Assembly (NCBI GenBank): GCA_951406725.2
Contig: OX597814.1
Coordinates: forward strand, 196,044,001 to 196,108,000
Length of the DNA: 64,000 nucleotides
Direction: 5' to 3'
Source: Octopus vulgaris
Taxonomy: Eukaryota
Part shown: positions 54,589 to 64,000 of the stretch, piece after piece
How the letters are laid out: each line of letters starts with the position of its first letter
Position numbering within the stretch: position 1 is the first letter of the stretch
Made by a program: the position numbers and the translations under genes
The notes under the pieces: model-generated
Seen by the model: only the letters and a program-made list of their open reading frames with translations
Told to the model about the DNA's origin: nothing
Databases searched by the model: none

Positions 54589-55653
54589 TTTATTGTTTTC
54601 ATCAGCTAAACTCAAGGCAGTACGATAACAGAAAGAAATAGAAGAATAATAGACTGAATCCAAAACTACATTTTATTAAGACTGCTTTATTGCTTCTACT
54701 ATTTATCTCTCTTCTTTAGTACTACGAAGCCAAATTTTAATACATTTATAACTATATTGTAAACGGTAACAAAAGCGGCCTATTGAAATGGTTTCATTCA
54801 ATATACTTCTGTCTTCTGGTGATTTGCAATGTAAGTATAATTCAGATATGTATTAGAAGTAGTTATCTCAATCAAGATATCTTCAAACTGTTCGCATGTT
54901 ACTTGTATTCAAAACGTTAGTGATAAATCATTCACGTACAGTGTACCTCAGAGAACTATGGTAGGTTTGTTTTTCCCTGATGTGACTCTGGCTTCGTCAA
55001 GTTAATATGATGTACATATGCTTCGTGAGGTTAATATGAAGTACATATGCTTCTTACAACCGAATTTAAATTCATATTGTTTCCATGAATGGATCCGTAT
55101 ATACATATATACATACATACCTACATACATAGATGCATAGATGCATTCATACATACAATACATACACACATACATATATACACACATACATACATACAAT
55201 ACACACACATACATACATACATACATACAAAAAGGCATACAATATACACACACATAAATACAATACATACATACATATAATACACACATACACAGATACA
55301 TACATAAATATATACATGCATACAATACATACACGCATACAATACATACAATATCTGCGTAGATACATACACTATAATACACACACATACATACATACAA
55401 TACACACATTTATACATACACACATACAATACATACATACAATACACAAACGCGCACATACATACATACATACATACATACATACGTATATACATACAAA
55501 CATACATACGTAGTTCATAGACGAGATCCAGGTACTCTCCTCCATATAGAATACACTTTGCAGTGCTCAAGAGATTTAAACATGAGCGGGTATATAAATC
55601 AATGTAGGGATAATCAAATTAAACAGATCAATATATAAACTACTCTGTCTACA

Positions 55654-55890
55654 TACACGACGTCTGATCAATAAGTATTCGGGCTGCTGCTTTGGTACCG
55701 AAGCTAAAGCACGCAGAGTAAAAGAGATTCGCAAAGATTGACCTTCAACTCTGTTGTACATAGCGGAAGTGAGCTAGAACGCTAAAACTTAGTGCGCATG
55801 CACAGCAGAGTTCAAGGTCAATCTGAGCCAAGCAGCTTTAGCTTCGTTACTATGTCAACAGTCCGGGAACCTGTTGATCAGATCAGGTAT
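55654..55890. mobile_element. Palindromic mariner-type MITE, decayed
   Basis: TA-CACGACGTCTGATCAATAAGTA.. end; internal pairs CGAAGCTAAAGC/GCTTTAGCTTCG and AGATTGACCTT..CTCTG/CAGAG..AAGGTCAATCT. Confidence 0.7.
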
Positions 55891-56218
55891 ACATATTTTG
55901 TATTTTATATAATTTATATATTCATGTGTCTAATTCGTTTTATCTCTACATTTACTTCAAGACACACATACATACATGCATTTTTTCTTTTTGTTCTTTT
56001 ATCTGTTTCAGTCATTTGTCTGTGGCCATACTGGAGTCCCGTCTTTAGTCAAGCAAATCAACCCCAGGGTTTATTCTTTGTAAGCATAGTACTTATTTTA
56101 TTGGTCTCTCTTGCCGAACCTCGAAGTTACGGGGACGTATACACACCAACGTCGGTTGTCAAGCGATGTTGGGGGGATAAACACAGACACACAAACATAT
56201 ACATACACACACACACGC

Positions 56219-56298
<80 letters not shown>

Positions 56299-56520
56299 GA
56301 CGGGCTTCTTTCAGTTTCCGTCTACCAAATCCACTCACAAGGCTTTGGTCAGCCAGAGGCAATAGTAGAAGACACTTGCCCAAGGTGCCACGCAGTGAGA
56401 CTGAACCCGGAACCATGTGGTTCATAAACAAGCTACTTACCACACAACCACTCCTACGCCTTTATTTATTTAAACATACATACATGCATGCATACATACA
56501 TACTTACACACATACATGCA

Positions 56521-56558
<38 letters not shown>

Positions 56559-56824
56559 GTATATATATATATCTTCTTTTATTCTTTTATCCATTTGACT
56601 GTGGCCATGTTGGAGCACCGCCTTAAAGGGTTTTAGTCGAAGAAATCGACCGTAGGACTTATGTGTTGTAAGCCTGGTACTCAGTCCATCGAACTCATAT
56701 GACAAACTGGTAAGTTACAGGGACGTAAAGACGAAAACATCGGTCGTCGAGCGATGGTGAGGGAGACAAACACAGACACGAAGACACACACATATGTATA
56801 TGTGTATATATGTGTATGTATGTA

Positions 56825-56875
<51 letters not shown>

Positions 56876-57078
56876 AACAAAAACGCAATAGAGGACAATA
56901 AAACATTCGCACTGATAGGCAATACAAAGGCAGACAGGAAAAACAACAATTAGAAGCACAAAGAAAAAAAGAACGAGTCGTTCGTGGTCGTATTTCTTCA
57001 GTCAAGTTACCAAATGTCCTTACGATTTCGGGTAGTTACACTTAAGATATATATATATGTGTGTGTGAGTGTGTGTGA

Positions 57079-57117
<39 letters not shown>

Positions 57118-57119
57118 CG

Positions 57120-57150
<31 letters not shown>

Positions 57151-57157
57151 ATCTATG

Positions 57158-57416
57158 TTTTGTACAAAATTAAGGGTAAAACCACTATAATGATTTTATC
57201 AAATGATCAGCATGAAAGAAATTATAGATGTTGTTTTTAGAGCCATTTGGCGTCTATTTCTAGCGTGTTGGTGTGGTTTATCAGAACCCTTTAATATAAT
57301 TATATTTCATAATTATAAATTAGTATAAATTGTAACCTGTCTCGTTATTTTTTAATTTCTCGCTAGCCACTTGATAAACCAATTAAAGCGGTTTTATCCT
57401 TAATTTTGTATAAAAT
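57158..57416. repeat. Diverged terminal inverted repeat, ~48 bp
   Basis: TACAAAATTAAGGGTAAAACC..TTTATCAAATG vs CACTTGATAAAC..GGTTTTATCCTTAATTTTGTA. Confidence 0.65.
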
Positions 57417-57831
57417 ATACATTTTGCTCCCGATGAAATTGCATTTGCTGCGATATTATTTTCATAGTAAAAACAGTTGGTTGAAATGAAAGAAACTTAG
57501 ATTTAACTAGTATATACATGGAAATGCTTGTATACAATCTTACGGATGTATGTTTGTATGGGTATGTATAAATGTATAAATGTATATACTCTTGTCATGT
57601 TGTACTGATGAAAGCAATGAGTTTTACAACCCTAAACCAAAAATCGATGAACAATTAACCAATTAAAAAAAAAACTATTCATTTTTTCATCAGTACGCTT
57701 AAAACTTGTACTAACGGTGTGGAGATGTGGTTTTTAGAGCATAATAGTGTATATTTCTAGCGCGTTGGTGGGTATATCCACACACTTTAATATAATTATA
57801 TTATATACTTATAAATATATATCTGTATGTA

Positions 57832-57886
<55 letters not shown>

Positions 57887-58147
57887 ATATATATATATAG
57901 ACATATATATATATATATGTGTGTGTGTGAGTATGTATAAATATGTACGAAAATTCCTATGTATACGTATATGTATATAATTATATAGGTGTAAGGGAAT
58001 TATATATACATATGTATACGCGTAAAACGTGTTTAAATTTTGTTTTACTTAGAAAACATGGCTTAAGTTACTATATATACATACGCTTAGAATCATACCC
58101 ATGCACTGTTATGTATACATATATACACACCCACGATTACACGAATT

Positions 58148-58184
<37 letters not shown>

Positions 58185-58342
58185 ACACATATATATATAC
58201 CGATATATTTCCACATATATGTATACATACATACATATATAAGTATAAATATCTTTATATATATGTATGTATATATATATGTGTGTATATGAACATATAT
58301 ATTTATATATACATACACACACATATAGATACATATATATAC

Positions 58343-58389
<47 letters not shown>

Positions 58390-58390
58390 C

Positions 58391-58478
<88 letters not shown>

Positions 58479-59409
58479 ATATATGTATATTTGCACATGT
58501 ACATATATATTAGTGTGTGTGTGTGTGTGTGCGTGTCAATAAAGCTGTAAAATATTAACTCACCTTGCATATTCAAAGCCATAAAAACGGTTTTTGGTGT
58601 TTTTCTCTTAAATTCCTTTTGTGTCAGAGATCTAGAGAGATATTTTTAGGTTGTAGATTGCAACAAAATATAATTTCTGAATCTCGTTTAAGACTAACAC
58701 ACGCATACACACACGTATATATGCCTATGTACGCATATGATCATGCATACACACACACACATATGTATATATATATATACACCCCCATATATATAAATCT
58801 ATATAGATATATATGTATAAGTGAATATGTATCACGCGAAGGCACGATTTATTTGTGTGCATACGTGTACATGTGTACATATGCAACAATGTGGACTTGT
58901 CTTTATGCAAGTGTGTATATATAAATGTATACACACATTTTATAAGTTTCCCATCTATCCAATAAATATGAATGTCATGTCCCTTTTGACACGCACATAT
59001 ATATCTATATACACATACTTACATTGACACAGATATGCAAAACCGCCTACACACATATACGTACGCACCATATTTGGTGTTCATGCGTGAGCACATGTAT
59101 CAAAACACACACTCACAAGCATAAACGCGCACATACACACATGATCGTGTGAGCGTGTGTATATGTTTTTATATAAATATCTAACATACACATATATATA
59201 TATACATACATATGTACATATATATATATATTTATATATATATATATATGTACACACATACATATATATATATATAATATCTATGCATATATATATATAT
59301 ATATGTGTGTATGTGTGTATAAATGTGCACACACACACACATATATATATATACATTACGTACTACATACATCTATATGTTTGTATATATATATTCATAT
59401 ATATATATG

Positions 59410-59520
<111 letters not shown>

Positions 59521-61097
59521 TTATATGTATTTGTGTGTGTGTATTTATCTGTATATATGCACTTCTATGCATACGTACGCGCACCCACACATGCAAACAT
59601 AAACTTTAATATACGTACGCAGATTTTTGTGTGTGATTGTATGTGTTTGTAGGTGCGTGCGCATATGTGTATTGCGATAGACTTTATCGATAGATGAATG
59701 GGTCAGTATGGCTCATATTATTAATTCATATTGGCATCTATCTCTTAAAATATGAAGATATAACGCACAAAATTGGTCGTAAAATCCATGATGTGAACTC
59801 GCCCGCTTATTGATATTATTTCTTTATGGAATTTTGGTTAGAACAAAAAGCAAAAATTAATAATAATATTAAAGGAAAAAAAAACGAAAAAAAAACGTAA
59901 AAGGAAAATGTCAAAAATGACACTAAAAAATATATTTTTTTAGTGTTTAAGTATATCAGGGGAGAAAAGGAAAAAAAAAAAGAAAGTAAAACGCGATAGA
60001 AAAAAAAAAGAAAGAAATCCTTTTCCATCATTGATCTTGTCGACATCAAACATTATGTAAATGAGTGACTGTACCCCCAATAAATATTCTCATAAAAGAA
60101 TTCAGGTGTTATCAAGAATCCGCTAACAAATTTCCCGAGATCGACTATGAAAAATCTTACTGCCCAAATTTTTCGTTCATCAAAAAAGGTCTGCGTTGTT
60201 TTATTTTCCCGAAATACAAAAATATGAAAGTATACATATAATATTGACCGCAGTGTATCACTGGTTTATGAAATCATATCTTACAATTATATCTCCTATG
60301 CTTTGCAACTATATGATGCAATACCATACAGCAATCATGCTGCTTGCTATCTGCTTTTCGTATTATATCTTTTTGTGATGTTTTTATCTTGATATTTCGT
60401 TTTGCTTCGATAAAAGATGATTTATATGGTGGTCAAACAATCACTCATTTTGTGGGGCGTTGCAACCGATCTCTCTCTCTGTTTTTTTTTTTTTTTTTTT
60501 TCTCCATCGATTTAGAAATCATGTGAAAAATAAATTTCCTCAGCGAGTTTTGAGCTGAAACTGTAAAAGGATTCACCTAATTGCAGCATGGTTGCAACAT
60601 GACGTCCGTTATCCACAGCTTGATCAAACGTTCTCCATCCACCTCTGCCAGCCGTGTCAAAATATAGGAAAACCATGTGATATCTAGTCACGGGTACGGT
60701 AACTCTTTTATTTTTGACTTCTTGTTGTCATTGGACAGCGGCTATGCTGAGGCACCGCCTTGAAAACTTTATTCGAATAAATTGACCCAATATATATAGA
60801 TTCCTTCAAAGAATACCAGATAAGCCACCCATAATTGGATACAACTCACCCAACAAGAACTCACTACTTGAACAAAACTTGACTTAAACAGGATTCGAAT
60901 AATCCTATCAGGTGGTGCTATTAAGTTAGACATGGCCTGGACCAATCTTTGGTCGAAACATATCTAAGTTATCTAAGTTATATATATATATATAGTTAAT
61001 CCAAACATGAAAACACAAAGATAAAACACAACAACGCGAGGACGTGGAACAAGTATAGTGTTATTGGACGCTCAAGAAAGGAAAGAACGAAGGAGGA

Positions 61098-61130
61098 TTT
61101 AACGTTTCGAGCGGAGCTCTTCGTCAGAAA
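61098..61130 (-). ncRNA. Minimal PLE-type hammerhead, intact core (family F element ~60995-61290)
   Basis: Minus strand: TTT CTGACGA A GAGC tcc GCTC GAAA CG TT AAA; palindromic AACGTT stem III. Confidence 0.78.
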
Positions 61131-61289
61131 CATAGGAAAAGGAAAGATCCAAGGACGGGAAGACGGAGGAAAAAAATCGCCAAATATATACACGCGGTCG
61201 AAGAGCAAAATTCCTTCAGATATTTTATTAGCAGCATCAAATACAATTGGGTGACGGTTAAACGCTTTGTTGAAGAAAAGGTGTCTCAC

Positions 61290-61334
<45 letters not shown>

Positions 61335-62082
61335 TGAAGCCTGGTGCTTATTGTACGCACATGTGAGTAGAATGCAACATCAAAGAATCGCAAGATGACT
61401 TCTAGAAGACCAGAAGAAGAGCCAACAGGTAGAGACCTAGAGATAGACCAAAACCGTGACTGTACATCGGTATTCACATTTTCAGTTGGTCATGCTTGGA
61501 AATCCAGCCAGAATGTCTGACGGTAGTTGCTTGAATTTGGGCCCAATAGAGGCTGTGTGGGGGCTTGTGGACTCTACCCTACTAGCCTTCCAGGAACAGT
61601 TGGCGAAGATGAATAGATAGGTGGATGGCAAATGTACCTACGCCGATTGTCAAGCGATGTGGTGTACAAATACTAACATAACACACACACGCACACACAC
61701 ATACACACCCACATGCACGCACACACACGTACACACATACATATGCACACGCACACATACATAAATACATACAAAGATACATTCATGATGGCTGTCTACT
61801 TATTAACCGAACATGACCATCACTGACCAAGCATGACAATCACTGACTGGTTCTGCCTACAAGAACAGAAAATGTTAAGTGTTTAATGCCCTGCACTGGC
61901 CGAGCAAGTCCTAGTTGACCCGACCATGCGACAGGTTGTACTGCGTTACATGTAATTAATTGCGCTCGAGAGCGATCTAAATTACACGCATGCATTCATA
62001 CATACAAGCACACACGCAAACACACGCTCACACACACACACACTCATGCACACACCTATATATGTGTGTGTATGTATATGTA

Positions 62083-62128
<46 letters not shown>

Positions 62129-62129
62129 T

Positions 62130-62208
<79 letters not shown>

Positions 62209-62340
62209 TATATATGTATATATATGCATATATATATATAAAGTTAATCCAAACAAGAAAGCACAAAAAAACACAACAACGCGAGGACGTGGAACAAATA
62301 TAGTATGATTGGACGCTCAGGAAAGAAGGAAAGAAGGAGG

Positions 62341-62375
62341 GTTTAACGTTTCGAGAGGAGCTCTTCGTCGGAAAC
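62341..62375 (-). ncRNA. Minimal hammerhead, family F, core CCGACGA
   Basis: Minus strand: GTTT CCGACGA A GAGC tcc TCTC GAAA CG TT AAAC. Confidence 0.6.
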
Positions 62376-62964
62376 ATAGGAGAAGGAAAGATCCTGAAAA
62401 GAAAAGACAGAAGAAAAAAATCGCCAACGTACCGTCACATCTGGGGTCACATTTTGAAAGACCGGAAGGAAAAGGGTGAAGAAAGATGTTTTCAAAGACA
62501 GAAGAGTAGTATTGTCAAAGACAGCAGAATGGTAGGAGGGAGAATGTGTGTGTAAGTGTGGATATGAGCGTGCGCGGAGGTCTGCGTGTGCGTGTGTATG
62601 TGTGTGTTGTTGTAGCTGTAAACAAAGGGCTACTAGTGGGCTGGCTAGTTTGTAAGGCTAGTAGAATAAGGAGTGGTGTTTTTGTCCCTGCCACAGGTCA
62701 GTCCTGTTACTTTGAAGTATGTATGTGTGTGCGTATATGTATATGTATCGTGTGTGTGTTTTGTTTGTAGTGTGTGTGTGTGTATGTATGTGTGTGTTCG
62801 TGTGTGTATGCGTAGAGTTTGGGTGTGTGGCGAATAACTGTGCTATACTTAGTGTATGTGTGCGTGTGTGCATGTACGTGCGTATGTGTGTATATACGTA
62901 TGTATAATTGTCTGCATGTATGTATAATTGTGTGCCGTGTGTATGGGATGTATGTGTGGGTTCA

Positions 62965-62999
<35 letters not shown>

Positions 63000-63532
63000 G
63001 CGTGCGTGTCGTATGTGCGTGTAGTTGTGTGTGCGTGTACGTGTGCGTTTGTATGTGTGTATGTGTAAGCGTATATGGATGTATATGCGTGTATCCGTAG
63101 GGTTGTGAGTTTTGGGTGTGTGCATTGGTGTGCGTGTGTGCGTGCGTATGTGTGCGCATGTTTATGTGTGCGTATCTGTATGAGTATTGTTTGTTGGAGG
63201 TATATGTGGGCATCTGTGTTGGTGTGTGTGTTTGTACGTGTGTATGTGTGTGTGCGTGTATTGTATATATATATATATATATATGTGTGTATGTGTGTGT
63301 ATACGTGCGTGCGATTGAATGTATGTATACATGTGCGTGTGTGTACAAATGTAGAGGTTTATATGTGTGTATATATATGTATGCAAGCACGCACGTTATA
63401 GTTGCAAGATTGATGGAAAAAATTTGTGAGGGCGTATAATCCAAACATGAATAAAGAGAAAACACAACAACGCGAGGAGGTGGAACAAGTATATTGTTAC
63501 TGGAGGCTCAGGAAAGGAAAGAAAGAAGGAGG

Positions 63533-63567
63533 ATTAAATGCTTCGAGCGGAGCTCTTCGTCAGAAAT
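63533..63567 (-). ncRNA. Decayed minimal hammerhead, family F
   Basis: Minus strand: ATTT CTGACGA A GAGC tcc GCTC GAAG CATTTAAT; GAAA mutated. Confidence 0.5.
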
Positions 63568-64000
63568 ATAGGAAAAAGGAAAAGTCCAAAGAAGGGAAGA
63601 CGGAGAAAGAAAATTGCCAACGATGCACAGGCGGTCACATATTGGAATAGCCGGAAGGGAATGGGTGAAGAGAAAAAGTTATTTCAAAGACAGGAGTGTG
63701 TAAGAGAAGGAGGCATGTGTGTGTATGTGCGTGCGCGCTGTTGTGTGTGTGTGTGTGTGTGTGTGATTGTGGCTGTTTATGTATGTGGTAGGGCTTAGTA
63801 TCGTTTAGGTCGTAGGAAGAATTTATAGTAAGAATTTTGGTAGGAGTGGCTGCCTGTTGTGTGTCTACCTACACATGTGCGATGGAGAATGGTGAGTAGA
63901 AAGTACCGGTAGTTTGAAGTATGTGTGTGTGCGTGTATGTATATGTAGTGTGTATGTATGTGTCTGTTCGTGTGTATATGCATATATATATATGTATATA

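Noticed and set aside
60920-60970. GACCA..TGGTC GAAA CATA TC, a 3' half of a hammerhead
   Set aside because: No CUGANGA-like core upstream.

Overview
AT-rich, microsatellite-saturated animal genomic DNA. The SINE families, including long tRNA-derived SINEs with internal (TA/TG)n, strongly suggest an octopus/cephalopod genome (inference). No host protein-coding gene can be supported, and almost all ORFs in the track are microsatellite translation artefacts. Recognisable content: many tRNA-derived SINE copies (some as 184-bp concatemers), three decayed Penelope-like element (PLE) ORF fragments (RT and GIY-YIG), two R4/Dong-type RLE non-LTR fragments sitting in (TAA)n, a CR1/L2-like RT fragment, three mariner fragments and MITEs. 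The most striking signal, read by eye, is about 20 type I hammerhead-ribozyme (HHR) motifs from roughly ten unrelated short non-coding element families, mostly at or within (TA)n tracts and often arranged as fold-back palindromes. These include a tandem ~481-nt HHR-repeat array that looks like a retrozyme/circRNA source (10.0-11.45 kb), a variant with a G3-C8 swap of the catalytic-core tertiary pair (36.7-36.9 kb) and a U3-A8 variant (50.5 kb). HHRs in PLEs and retrozymes are an established class. Whether these particular families are undescribed cannot be judged without database searches, and some near-perfect repeats could be long-read assembly artefacts.
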